Origin: Promethearchaeia archaeon
GTDB lineage: Archaea > Asgardarchaeota > Lokiarchaeia > Sigyniarchaeales > SOKP01
Assembly: GCA_046497275.1 (NCBI GenBank)
Contig: JAWOFX010000035.1
Coordinates: 5,751-37,750, forward strand
Reading direction: 5' to 3'
Length of the DNA stretch: 32,000 nt
Part shown: piece after piece, positions 12,557 to 22,172 of the stretch
Layout of the letters: each line of letters starts with the position of its first letter
Numbering within the stretch: the stretch's first letter is position 1
Notes under the pieces: generated by a model
What the model was told of the DNA's origin: nothing
Databases searched by the model: none
Seen by the model: only the letters and a program-made list of their open reading frames with translations
Position numbers and translations under genes: made by a program

Positions 12557-14785
12557 ATGATCAACTGGATTATTTTAATTTTTTATTTCTTGGATATCAA
12601 TAACATAATCACTATTGATAGCATATTTTTCGTAAATTTTCCAATATTACTAATATCACGTTTAATTCTCATTAGTACATTTATTTTAAGCCATAGAGAA
12701 GAATATCCAAATGATCTAACAAAAGATCAAATGTCTTTCGTTAAAAAAAATAAAAAATATCGAATTCTAAAAGAAATAATTATCCTCCTCTTTGGTATAA
12801 TTTATTCCCCAATAACGATTTTTTTGACTCTATACACACTTATGAGAGTAGGGCTTATTCTTGAGAATAGAGGAACATTAAAAAGAACACATAAACTTGA
12901 GATATGTGGGAAATTTATAATTTTTTTCTTTCCAACCGGAGCATTATTATGGTTCAGTATCGTAAATGATTTATTTTCGCTAATAGCTACTTCTTTTAGT
13001 TTAATACTCTTCCTTTATAAGTATCGAAGAAACTATTTATCTAAGTTAGTAGAATATGTTGAAAAGCATAGAAATAGACGCATAAATAAAATGGGGAGAA
13101 CAGGTACAATAATTAAGGTTATAGGGCTTTTTTTTCTGATATCATTTCCCTTTTCTTTCATTTTAATCACTGGAATATATTCTCCTCCTGAAAAAATTAC
13201 TAGAATGGTTAAAATGGAAGATGGTGTGGAATTAGCCACAGATGTTTATCTAGCTCCCGGATCTTTTGGCTCCCCTAGACCAGTAATTTTAGTAAGAACG
13301 CCATACGGAAAAAATGCGATGGGTGAATATTATGGACTGTTATATAATACCCAAAAATATCACATGGTTGTTCAAGATTGTAGAGGAACTTTTGATTCAG
13401 GTGGTAAAGATGACTTTATTATATTTATGGAGGCATTTAGCGATGGAGTGGATACGATTGAATGGATAATGAATCAGAGTTGGTGCAATGGAAAAATAGC
13501 AAGTGTTGGTCCATCTGCACTTTGCATCAATCAATATTTTTATGCCGGAATGAATCCGAATGGACTTGTTGGACAATCTCTTATGATTGGAACACCTGAT
13601 TTATATAAAACAAGTATTTTTCGTGGAGGAGCTTTTCAGCAAAATTTAGTGCTTGAATGGATTAAAGGTGTCGCACCAGAAAATTATGAAGAACAACTTC
13701 AAACAATCATAAGTCACCCTAAAAAAGACTATTTATATAACTCAACTTCACTTTTTATGGAAACGGGTCCAAATTTCGGAAATGTTAGCGTTCCTGCGAT
13801 TCATATTGGTGGATGGTATGATACCTTCCAGCAAGGCACTCTAGATGGGTATATGGGATATGATGATGAATCGCAAGCTCAAGGAAAGCAACTTTTAATA
13901 ATGACACCCTCCACTCACGGAATGCCCAGAGAAGGTAAGATCGGAAACTTGACTTTTCCCACAACAAACTATAATGGATTTAATTTATATTTAGATTGGG
14001 AACAGAAATTATTAGATCATGTCTTATTTGGAAAACCTTTTGATTGGTCGGGGAATAGAGTTGCTTATTATTTGATGGGAGATGTTGATGATAAAACTAT
14101 AACTGCTAATGAATATAAATTTGCTGAAGATTGGCCAGTTCCTTACGAGAATAATACTTGGTATTTAAATTCGACAAGTGGGATTGGATTTTCTAATGGA
14201 ACTATACCTTCGATTAATTTAAATCATTCATATCTTTTCGATCCTCGACACCCCGTTCCAACTGTTGGAGGAAATAACTTATTATTAGATTCGGGACCTT
14301 ATGATCAAAGAAAAGTGGAAACAAGAGATGATGTGCTTGTTTTTACTTCATCTTCTCTTGAAGAACCTTATACGATCGTAGGAAGAATGTGGGCAGAGCT
14401 TTTTGTGAAATCCAACTGCACAAATACTGATTTTACAGTAAAATTATGTGATGTATATCCTGATGGGAGGTCAATTTTAATTACTGATGGAATTATTAAT
14501 GCTGCGAGGAGAGATGGATTCAATAAAACAGCACCAGACTTGAATGCAAGTGGAGTTCAGAAAGTGATTATTGACTTATGGTCTACAGCCTACCAATTCA
14601 ACACAGGACATAAAATCCGTGTTTCGATATCGAGTTCAAATTATCCTCGTTTTGGAATAAATCCAAATACAGGAGAAGAACCAAAATTATATTCATATCA
14701 ATATCTTCAAAGAAATATCGCAAATAATACTATTTTCGCTGGAAATCCATGTAATTCCTCTATAATTTTACCAAAGTTGCTATAA
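12557..14785 (+). CDS. CocE/NonD-family (peptidase S15) hydrolase with N-terminal multi-TM extension
   Basis: MEDGVELATDVY, RTPYGK, QDCRGTFDSGG, DGVDTIEWI..QSWCNGK, GGWYDTF, FDPRHPVPTVGG, PYDQRKVETRDDVLVFTS, DFTVKLCDVYPDG, GHKIRVSISSSNYPRF. The first ~200 aa contain several hydrophobic helices. Confidence 0.9.
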   Translation: MINWIILIFYFLDINNIITIDSIFFVNFPILLISRLILISTFILSHREEYPNDLTKDQMSFVKKNKKYRILKEIIILLFGIIYSPITIFLTLYTLMRVGLILENRGTLKRTHKLEICGKFIIFFFPTGALLWFSIVNDLFSLIATSFSLILFLYKYRRNYLSKLVEYVEKHRNRRINKMGRTGTIIKVIGLFFLISFPFSFILITGIYSPPEKITRMVKMEDGVELATDVYLAPGSFGSPRPVILVRTPYGKNAMGEYYGLLYNTQKYHMVVQDCRGTFDSGGKDDFIIFMEAFSDGVDTIEWIMNQSWCNGKIASVGPSALCINQYFYAGMNPNGLVGQSLMIGTPDLYKTSIFRGGAFQQNLVLEWIKGVAPENYEEQLQTIISHPKKDYLYNSTSLFMETGPNFGNVSVPAIHIGGWYDTFQQGTLDGYMGYDDESQAQGKQLLIMTPSTHGMPREGKIGNLTFPTTNYNGFNLYLDWEQKLLDHVLFGKPFDWSGNRVAYYLMGDVDDKTITANEYKFAEDWPVPYENNTWYLNSTSGIGFSNGTIPSINLNHSYLFDPRHPVPTVGGNNLLLDSGPYDQRKVETRDDVLVFTSSSLEEPYTIVGRMWAELFVKSNCTNTDFTVKLCDVYPDGRSILITDGIINAARRDGFNKTAPDLNASGVQKVIIDLWSTAYQFNTGHKIRVSISSSNYPRFGINPNTGEEPKLYSYQYLQRNIANNTIFAGNPCNSSIILPKLL

Positions 14786-14797
14786 ATATTAAAAATC

Positions 14798-14805
14798 TTT
14801 TTTTT
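14798..14805 (+). terminator. Oligo-T tract, likely archaeal terminator of the CocE gene
   Basis: T8 run 12 nt after the stop codon at 14785. Confidence 0.4.
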
Positions 14806-14898
14806 ATAATTATATTGAAAAAACTTCTCAACATTAGTTCTTCTTAAACCGTTTTATCCTCACAAAAATAAGAAATAAAAAGAAAATTAAGTTAAATA

Positions 14899-15438
14899 TT
14901 AAGGAATGATAATTAAACCAAAAAAATCCAATAAAATAAAAATCAAGGAAATAAATTCGAGAAGAATCCACAGATTTCTCTTCAAACTTCTTAAACTTTT
15001 AAGACTTTTTCCAGAATAATTGATGTTATTATAAATTAAAATCAGTATCCATGCGGTTATAAGAAATGTAATTGGTAATGCAAGTGTTAAATAATTTTTT
15101 CCAACGAAATCTATTAAATATTTATATCCTAAGAAGGTGAAAGCATTTATAACAAATGTAAATCCTAATCCAAATGAATATTCCGCAAAAGAAACAAATT
15201 TATTAACTTTTTCTATATCAGCATCGCCTTGTTTTATTTGAAATTTCGCTGATGAATTAGCAGAAACTGAATTAACGAATAATATAAAAGCAATCATTAA
15301 TAGAAATGTTGCGATAACAATACCATTACTCGGGACATTTTGCCAAATTAAAGCCAAAATAGTCAAGACAATTCCTATCATAGTTGTTGAAAGTACAATC
15401 CAATCTTTTACATTAATTTTATCTACTTTTGAGCTCAT
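14899..15438 (-). CDS. Hypothetical integral membrane protein (about 5 TM)
   Basis: 179-aa ORF with ATG start and hydrophobic helices; no family recognised. Confidence 0.7.
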   Translation of the reverse strand: MSSKVDKINVKDWIVLSTTMIGIVLTILALIWQNVPSNGIVIATFLLMIAFILFVNSVSANSSAKFQIKQGDADIEKVNKFVSFAEYSFGLGFTFVINAFTFLGYKYLIDFVGKNYLTLALPITFLITAWILILIYNNINYSGKSLKSLRSLKRNLWILLEFISLIFILLDFFGLIIIP

Positions 15439-15639
15439 TTTAATTATTTAAGGTTAATTGAATATTATAGAAACAAAATTATTTAGAGATATTTAAGTTT
15501 TTATAATAACCTCTTTCTTAGATATAAATTATTTTATAAATATTAAATCTCTAAAATATCCCCTCTTAAAGAAAACGGTTGGATTTCAAAGAATATTTAA
15601 ATTTTTATTTAGGTTAAGTCTAATCTTATTATTTTTTAG

Positions 15640-17805
15640 CTAAATAAAATATTCTTTTACGATAATTCTTGAGAATTGAATCATTTTTTCTCCAAGATCC
15701 GTTTTTTCTCTTGATTTTGCTAAGATCCAATACTTTCCATAAAGTTTATCTAAGTACTCCCCCTCAGCATCTATCGAAAAAGCAAATACATTAAATTTCT
15801 TTCTAACATCTTGAATTTCATCAATAGCATCATTCAATCCATAACCCGTACCTGCAGGTTGTCCATCAGATATAACTATAATTATTTCATTACCTTCAAG
15901 TTTAGAGGCTTCATATTGAATAGATATACCATCTAAATTTGAATTGATATATCCATGACATCCAAATAAATCTAATTTTTTAATTTGTATTTGTTCATTG
16001 AAATCTTTTACTAGAATATTTCTTGCATCCCGTTCTCCAGTAAATAATACGATTCTTAAGAAAGCAATATCCTTTAAAGCTTCACATAATAATATCATAG
16101 CTATTTTCGCAGCTTCTAATTTTATACCCCTCATACTCCCGCTGATATCCACCATGAGCAATATTTTCAGAATTTTGCGGTTTAACTTCCTTGTAAAACA
16201 TTTTTTGTAATTATAATTACTGGTTATTGCCTTAATGAATCCTTTATTCAATCGCCCAATATTTTGAAAAGCATCATATTCTTTTTCATTATTTAAAGTG
16301 CTAAAGATGTTCTTTATTTTATTTACCATGTTATTATGCACTGAGAGAATCTCTTTATAAGTTAAATCAATAGGATTCATTTTTTCATCCTCTATATTTG
16401 TATCTATAACTTTACACGATAATTCTTTTTTATTCTTTTCATCTTTAAGAGTTAAGGTTTCTAATCTTATGAATCTTTCTTTCATTTCCTCATCTGAAGT
16501 CTCAATTAAACCTAAGATATCATCAATTATCGCTTTTTTGGCATTAGATCGATCCAAGCTATTCTCTTCATTTTCAATAGGAATATAAGTTATTTTTTCG
16601 GAATCTTTTTCTAAATCCTTCAATTCAACCAAATCCTCCATATGATCATCTGATTCTTTAGATTCGAAACTATCAAGAATTTGACTTTTTTTGCTAAAAT
16701 TATCGATCATTTTCTCAAAGTCTTCAGTTTCAGTAGGATTCTCTTGATTTTCTTCTTCCTTAATTTCTATTTTATTTAATAATTCCTTCAAATCTTCATG
16801 CTTAAGATCGTTTTTCTCAAGTTCTTTAATAGTTTCTTCACTTGATTTATCAATATTCGATTTTTCCCTCTTTTCTTCTCGAAATGAGAAATTCTCGACC
16901 TGTGATAGAAATTCTTCATTATCTTGAATGTTTATAGGACCTATTCTTCCTAAATCTTCATCTTCTAAATAAAAAGGATCTGCTAATTTGTTTGGTTCAT
17001 CAAGAGATGATATTTCGAATTCTTCTTTCTCTCTTTGATTACCATCAATGGATTCCTCATCTAAAATAACATAATCAGATCTATTTCTACAATTTCGATT
17101 ATAATTATTACTAATAGAGTTATGTGCACCAGATCTTCCTTTTGGTTTCATTATAACCTTTTTTTTTCGAAAATACTTTTTTAATATTTTACAGAATTGA
17201 TCTATTACGATTATCGAAGTATTGGGAGTTAAGGATTTCAATAAAAGCTTCTTGATGGTTTTAATTGTTTCCCAATCTTCATTTTTCATTTCTCTAGTTG
17301 AAAAAACAGGTTTCATTTGGAATTCATGATAATCTTCCATAAAAAGATTGATATAAAGTAAAATATCTCCTGATAATTGCATTCTTTTTATAAGCTGAGG
17401 TAATATTTCTAGAGTATATTTTCTTAAATAATAATAAAAACCAGGAAATCTCTGTTTGTTTATCATATCGATTCTTACATCTTCTACAATATTTACAATC
17501 CTTTTTACTAAATTCCCGGGTAAATCATATTTTTTTGATAAAACTCTCACTAAATTCAAAATAGAGAGTTCAAAGGAACCATATCCTATATGTCCACTCT
17601 CATGAGCAATAAATCCTTGAGAATAAGTGATATTTTTTTTAAATTTTATAGGTATATATATAAAAGGACCATCAGTATAGATTAAAGATGTGTTTAAATA
17701 TTGGATTTTTATATCTCTTTTTCCACTTATCCTTTTTGCTAGACTTGTCAACGCAGACAAATCAGTAAAAAAGTCTGGCTCATAAAGCTTATATATTCCA
17801 TCCAT
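15640..17805 (-). CDS. VWA-domain protein (CobT/NorD/CbbO-like): N-terminal HExxH metallopeptidase-like domain, acidic linker, C-terminal MIDAS VWA
   Basis: YTDG..IYIP, HESGH (17590-17604), NIVEDVRID, a long D/E/N/K-rich linker, MIDAS VDISGSM (DISGS at 16135-16149), NLDG and VISDGQP. Confidence 0.85.
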   Translation of the reverse strand: MDGIYKLYEPDFFTDLSALTSLAKRISGKRDIKIQYLNTSLIYTDGPFIYIPIKFKKNITYSQGFIAHESGHIGYGSFELSILNLVRVLSKKYDLPGNLVKRIVNIVEDVRIDMINKQRFPGFYYYLRKYTLEILPQLIKRMQLSGDILLYINLFMEDYHEFQMKPVFSTREMKNEDWETIKTIKKLLLKSLTPNTSIIVIDQFCKILKKYFRKKKVIMKPKGRSGAHNSISNNYNRNCRNRSDYVILDEESIDGNQREKEEFEISSLDEPNKLADPFYLEDEDLGRIGPINIQDNEEFLSQVENFSFREEKREKSNIDKSSEETIKELEKNDLKHEDLKELLNKIEIKEEENQENPTETEDFEKMIDNFSKKSQILDSFESKESDDHMEDLVELKDLEKDSEKITYIPIENEENSLDRSNAKKAIIDDILGLIETSDEEMKERFIRLETLTLKDEKNKKELSCKVIDTNIEDEKMNPIDLTYKEILSVHNNMVNKIKNIFSTLNNEKEYDAFQNIGRLNKGFIKAITSNYNYKKCFTRKLNRKILKILLMVDISGSMRGIKLEAAKIAMILLCEALKDIAFLRIVLFTGERDARNILVKDFNEQIQIKKLDLFGCHGYINSNLDGISIQYEASKLEGNEIIIVISDGQPAGTGYGLNDAIDEIQDVRKKFNVFAFSIDAEGEYLDKLYGKYWILAKSREKTDLGEKMIQFSRIIVKEYFI

Positions 17806-17863
17806 TTCTAATCTTAATTTTAATAATTTAAAATTTAAAAAAATGAAAATATTTAAGTAAAAT

Positions 17864-19105
17864 TTAATAGCTTAATTGGCATTTTCCACTCAAGAATTCC
17901 CCTAATTCCTTATTTTTATTACTATAAACCCACTTAATATAAGTTAAAGTAAGGCCTCCTGCATATATATGAGTCTTCCCCGTCTTTCTTTTGAAATCAT
18001 CATGCCAACCAAATTTTTCCGTTAATCTAAAAAACCTCTGAAGTGCTTTTTTATGATTTTTCCATAACCAATAAATAGATTTCCATAAAATTCCTCCTTT
18101 TTGCTCAAAGATGGATCTTCTTTTATGTATATGCAAATAATCATCTACTGCTTTCTTCATATCCTCAATTAAATATTTCTCTGTTTTATTATTACTATGA
18201 TTTTGTGCTTGATGTTGCTTTTTTTTTCCATCTCCTCCAGATAAAATATCTTTAAGTCTCTCTTCGAACATTTTTCCGTCTAAAATCATAGCAATTGATT
18301 TTCTCTCTTCCTGATTTTCACCAAGTTTATTTATGATTATATTTTCAATATTTTGTTTTAGATATTCTGGTGGCATTTTAGAAATAATATAACAAAAATT
18401 TACTATTAATCTTGTTGAAAAAATTTTCGTTAATGTGAAATCTTCAATGGCTTGTTTTCTTATTTGTTGAGCGGCATCAACAACTAACTCTGCTAGTTGT
18501 TGTTTACAATTCGTTATTTTTGTAGTTATAAAAACTTCTTTCTGTCTTTTAGGATAATTTAACTCTGGACAAACTACGAAACGATCTTCAAAGGCAGATT
18601 GTAATTGATTAACTCCAATAACTCCTTTATTCATAGTCCCAATAATTATTAATTTACTTTCCTGATTTAATTCGAATTTTTCGAATCCTTTGGAAATTAA
18701 ATTAATATGGTTCTCAGAAAGAAGAGAATTAAGTGAAATCTGCTCACTATCTCGTATAGCGTTTATTTCGTTAATAATAATAAATGAAATACCCTTCTCA
18801 TTAGCTATTTTTATAGCTTGCGTTAACGGGCCATAATTAAATTTCGTACCACCTTGAATTAGTTCCCAATATCCCTCAAGATCTCGACGATCTAAATCCG
18901 GAGAACCATCAATAATAAAATATTGAGAATCAAAACGATTTGCTAAAGAAATAGCAAGTAAGGTCTTTCCTGTACCAGGAGGGCCATAAAGTAATATTCC
19001 TGCGCAGCTTCCTTTCTCAAGAGATTTTATTAAATCAAAAAGATAATCGAATTCATTTTTTTGTTGAATATAATTTAAACTACTTTTTTCTTTTGATGCT
19101 AGCAT
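17864..19105 (-). CDS. MoxR-family AAA+ ATPase (CbbQ/NirQ/NorQ-like) with extra C-terminal domain
   Basis: Walker A GPPGTGKT, DLEG..GPL, Walker B IIINEIN, sensor GTMN, arginine finger region AFEDRF, YP..E, CbbQ_C-like FSTRLI. Confidence 0.88.
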   Translation of the reverse strand: MLASKEKSSLNYIQQKNEFDYLFDLIKSLEKGSCAGILLYGPPGTGKTLLAISLANRFDSQYFIIDGSPDLDRRDLEGYWELIQGGTKFNYGPLTQAIKIANEKGISFIIINEINAIRDSEQISLNSLLSENHINLISKGFEKFELNQESKLIIIGTMNKGVIGVNQLQSAFEDRFVVCPELNYPKRQKEVFITTKITNCKQQLAELVVDAAQQIRKQAIEDFTLTKIFSTRLIVNFCYIISKMPPEYLKQNIENIIINKLGENQEERKSIAMILDGKMFEERLKDILSGGDGKKKQHQAQNHSNNKTEKYLIEDMKKAVDDYLHIHKRRSIFEQKGGILWKSIYWLWKNHKKALQRFFRLTEKFGWHDDFKRKTGKTHIYAGGLTLTYIKWVYSNKNKELGEFLSGKCQLSY

Positions 19106-19302
19106 TTTGTATTCTTATCTACTATATCTATAATTTATTAAATTATACAGATTTGATATCCTAATTTAAACGTCTTATGGTATAATTAATCGATAATTCT
19201 TTTCGAAAATAGTTATATTATCCATATTTGATTAAGTATAAAAACTACGATAATAAAAAATATTAAAAAATGAGAGATATAAGAATCTAAAAATTAATTT
19301 AA

Positions 19303-20664
19303 TTATCTTGTGGTAAAAATCCTCATCATAAGAAGAAAAAATTTGCGATAAAATTTTCTAACAATGGAGAGATTAAATAAATGTCTTATAATTTTAAGTA
19401 GTGTATAATTTTTCGGTTTAAATGTGCTTTTTTCCAAATCATAACTAACCTCTTCAATAAAAAAATTTGATTTGAATAAAGATATAAACCACTCATATGA
19501 AATTATCGCAATTATATCCCATGCACGTTTAACATGATCTTGTGGATAATTAAGTTTTTCTCCCATAGCCATTCTAACTATTTCAATAATATGATATATA
19601 TCTATTTTACTTCCAAACAGTTCTCTTGTAGCCCATAATAAATAGATACATCCCCCACAATAAGAAACTAAAGCCTCTGCCCCAGTCCGTTCCGCTTCAT
19701 CAAACTTTTTGATTCCTTCATGGATAATATCGAATGGAATAGAAATGTTTCTTACCCATGAAGCACCCGCTCCAAATCCACAACATAAGGAATCTGCTCG
19801 ATTGTGTTTCATTTCTATTATTTTACAACCGCATTTTTCAACAATCTTACGTGGGGGTTCCCAATATTTACCGTTCGAAACTTTCGAATAACAATTATCA
19901 TGTATGGTTACCGTCATATCTAATTTATTTTTGATATCTAAAACTCCTGAATTAATCTTATCTAGCATCCACTCTTGAAGACTCTCAAATTCGTGAGAAT
20001 GTTCTACCCCCATCTCTTCTGGATGAGCCTTTTCATAAATATATTCAACTGCATCTAAGCTAGCTACTATTTCTTTACTCTCCCATTTATCAAAATCCCT
20101 TTTAGTTTTTTGTGCAATCTTTTGAACAACATCCAAAAACCCTCCTTGATATAAATAAGCTCCACCTTCCCAGTGATCAATTAAATCCACAGGAATAAAA
20201 TAATCTAAAATTTTACTCCCTCCTATGATAAAGGGAAAAAGATGAGTATAATTTCCTATCAATAGAGGTATGTCTTCTGGTTGAGGGGTATTAGTCATCC
20301 AATTCAAAATCCATTTTATTTCTTTTCGGGATAAAAAGATATTTAGCAATTGCCAAATATTTGGCTCCCTTGTTGGACAAACAAATGTATAAAGAGCTGG
20401 AGCACCTCGAATATAATATAGGTCATTCCATCGTTCCAATATTAGCTGATAAGGATTAGCATCTTCTGGGCAATAGATATTACAGGAAAAACATGTATTG
20501 CATTTATAAAGAACCAAACTAGGTTCTTTTCCTTCAATTAATCGAATTATTTCGGTTTTTGCTTCATCAATTGGCAGTTTAAGAACAGGACATTTATTAA
20601 AGCATATTCCACATCTAGTACATGCCTGTTCGTCAAATTTTGATTTTCTTTTTAACTCGGTCAT
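19303..20664 (-). CDS. (Fe-S)-binding protein, HdrD/GlpC/GlcF-like: 2x[4Fe-4S] plus CCG domains (first CCG domain has lost its cysteines)
   Basis: CTRCGICFNKCP and CNTCFSCNIYCP; second CCG domain HDNCY..LCCGFG..YCGGC. Confidence 0.85.
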   Translation of the reverse strand: MTELKRKSKFDEQACTRCGICFNKCPVLKLPIDEAKTEIIRLIEGKEPSLVLYKCNTCFSCNIYCPEDANPYQLILERWNDLYYIRGAPALYTFVCPTREPNIWQLLNIFLSRKEIKWILNWMTNTPQPEDIPLLIGNYTHLFPFIIGGSKILDYFIPVDLIDHWEGGAYLYQGGFLDVVQKIAQKTKRDFDKWESKEIVASLDAVEYIYEKAHPEEMGVEHSHEFESLQEWMLDKINSGVLDIKNKLDMTVTIHDNCYSKVSNGKYWEPPRKIVEKCGCKIIEMKHNRADSLCCGFGAGASWVRNISIPFDIIHEGIKKFDEAERTGAEALVSYCGGCIYLLWATRELFGSKIDIYHIIEIVRMAMGEKLNYPQDHVKRAWDIIAIISYEWFISLFKSNFFIEEVSYDLEKSTFKPKNYTLLKIIRHLFNLSIVRKFYRKFFLLMMRIFTTR

Positions 20665-20739
20665 CTCTTAAATCCACTTATTTACTAACTCTAATAATTT
20701 TATGATTTTAGTGTATATTAAAATTGAATTTTTTATAAT

Positions 20740-22014
20740 TTACCATGCTTTTTTATATTCAGGAGGTTTTTTGGGGATTTCCTCGATTTTAAATCTTTTT
20801 CTGGAGAGAAGCATAGGCATTTGATTTTTCATAATTCCCCAAAAAAAGCCACTAGCTCTTTCTTTCTTTCTTTCTTCCGTTATAGCTGGTTCTTCCCCGA
20901 TTGCTTTTTGAATCAATTCTATAATATGATAAATTTTCATATGCTTCTTGAAATATAACTTCTGAGCAGTTGTTAGAGTTGCTAAACAACCCGCACAATA
21001 AACACATATAGCATCTGCTTCCGTTTTTCTAAAATCCTTAAAATTTCTGAAAGAAGAACGCATAAGATTAAATGGATTATATGAGGAATCAACAGAAAAT
21101 CCACCACCAATCCCACAACACCTCATATCTTCACGGCACGCATCAATTTCAATTATTTCACATCCTAAAGAATTTAATATTTTTCTTGGTAAATCCATGT
21201 ATTCATCCCCAAACATTTTGGCATAACAAGATTCTTGAATTGTTATTATCATATCTAATTCTTTTTTTATTACAATCTCATTATTCTCTAGTTTCTCCCA
21301 TAAATACTGAATATAAGACTTAATCGAATCAAATGTATATTTTAAACCATAATGGGGGAGAATATTTTTAAAAACATTTGTTCCGGCAGTACACAAGACT
21401 AGAAGATTTTTAGGCTTCAAAATATTAAACCATCTATCTAATCTTTGTGTCACCTCTCTCAATTTATCTTCGAATCCTGTTCGAAATAACGTCTCTCCAC
21501 AACAATATTCCAATCTTCCGCGTATATCTAAATCCTTAAATAGTGAAGTTTGGGTAAGTTCAGCAAAAGTTATCACATTACATCCTGGATAAGTTAAAGT
21601 ATCACTTTTCAATGGTTTTAAACTAGCCCATTCAGACACAAGATTCTTTGTATCCTCTGGGAGATGTTCCATTACATAACTACGAAAATTTGGATATTGA
21701 GGATAATGTGTAATATAATACTTAGCTCTCTTTTTTAAGCCTTCTTCCTTGTACTTCTCATTCCATCTTTTTAGAATTAAACTAGCAGGATGAGCATTTT
21801 GGGGACAATAAAAATTACACGTGAAACAGCTTTGACAATTCTCCAAAATCTCTGAGGATTCTCCGTTTATTAATTTTTTCATTTCCTCTACAGATTCTTC
21901 CTTCGAGATATCCATGATCGGACAGTTTAGAAGGCATTCACCACATAAATTACATCTTTCTCTATTAAAAGGATCAAAAAAACTAATATCGATCGGTTCT
22001 ATCTTTTCTTTCAT
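20740..22014 (-). CDS. (Fe-S)-binding protein, HdrD/GlpC/GlcF-like: 2x[4Fe-4S] plus two CCG domains; paralogue of 19303..20664
   Basis: CNLCGECLLNCP, CQSCFTCNFYCP, YPGC..YCCGE..LCTAG, QESCY..RCCGIG..YCAGC. Confidence 0.87.
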   Translation of the reverse strand: MKEKIEPIDISFFDPFNRERCNLCGECLLNCPIMDISKEESVEEMKKLINGESSEILENCQSCFTCNFYCPQNAHPASLILKRWNEKYKEEGLKKRAKYYITHYPQYPNFRSYVMEHLPEDTKNLVSEWASLKPLKSDTLTYPGCNVITFAELTQTSLFKDLDIRGRLEYCCGETLFRTGFEDKLREVTQRLDRWFNILKPKNLLVLCTAGTNVFKNILPHYGLKYTFDSIKSYIQYLWEKLENNEIVIKKELDMIITIQESCYAKMFGDEYMDLPRKILNSLGCEIIEIDACREDMRCCGIGGGFSVDSSYNPFNLMRSSFRNFKDFRKTEADAICVYCAGCLATLTTAQKLYFKKHMKIYHIIELIQKAIGEEPAITEERKKERASGFFWGIMKNQMPMLLSRKRFKIEEIPKKPPEYKKAW

Positions 22015-22172
22015 TTTATATTACTAATTGAGTAATAGGAAATAAAAATTTTTAATTTGCAATATAAAATAATTCTTAAGTATAATAAATATTGAAGTAA
22101 TAGACTTTTGAGTAATGGATTAAGATTAAAACCAATAGAATATTTATTAATAAAGCTAAAGGTTATTATTAA

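Noticed and set aside
10466-13967. Short ORFs 10466..10657, 10585..10845, 13033..13239 and 13785..13967
   Set aside because: They are antisense to the esterase and CocE genes.
15640-19105. Calling the AAA/VWA pair cobS/cobT, norQ/norD or cbbQ/cbbO
   Set aside because: No cobalamin, nitric-oxide reductase or Rubisco genes are nearby, and family-level motifs cannot identify the specific orthologue.
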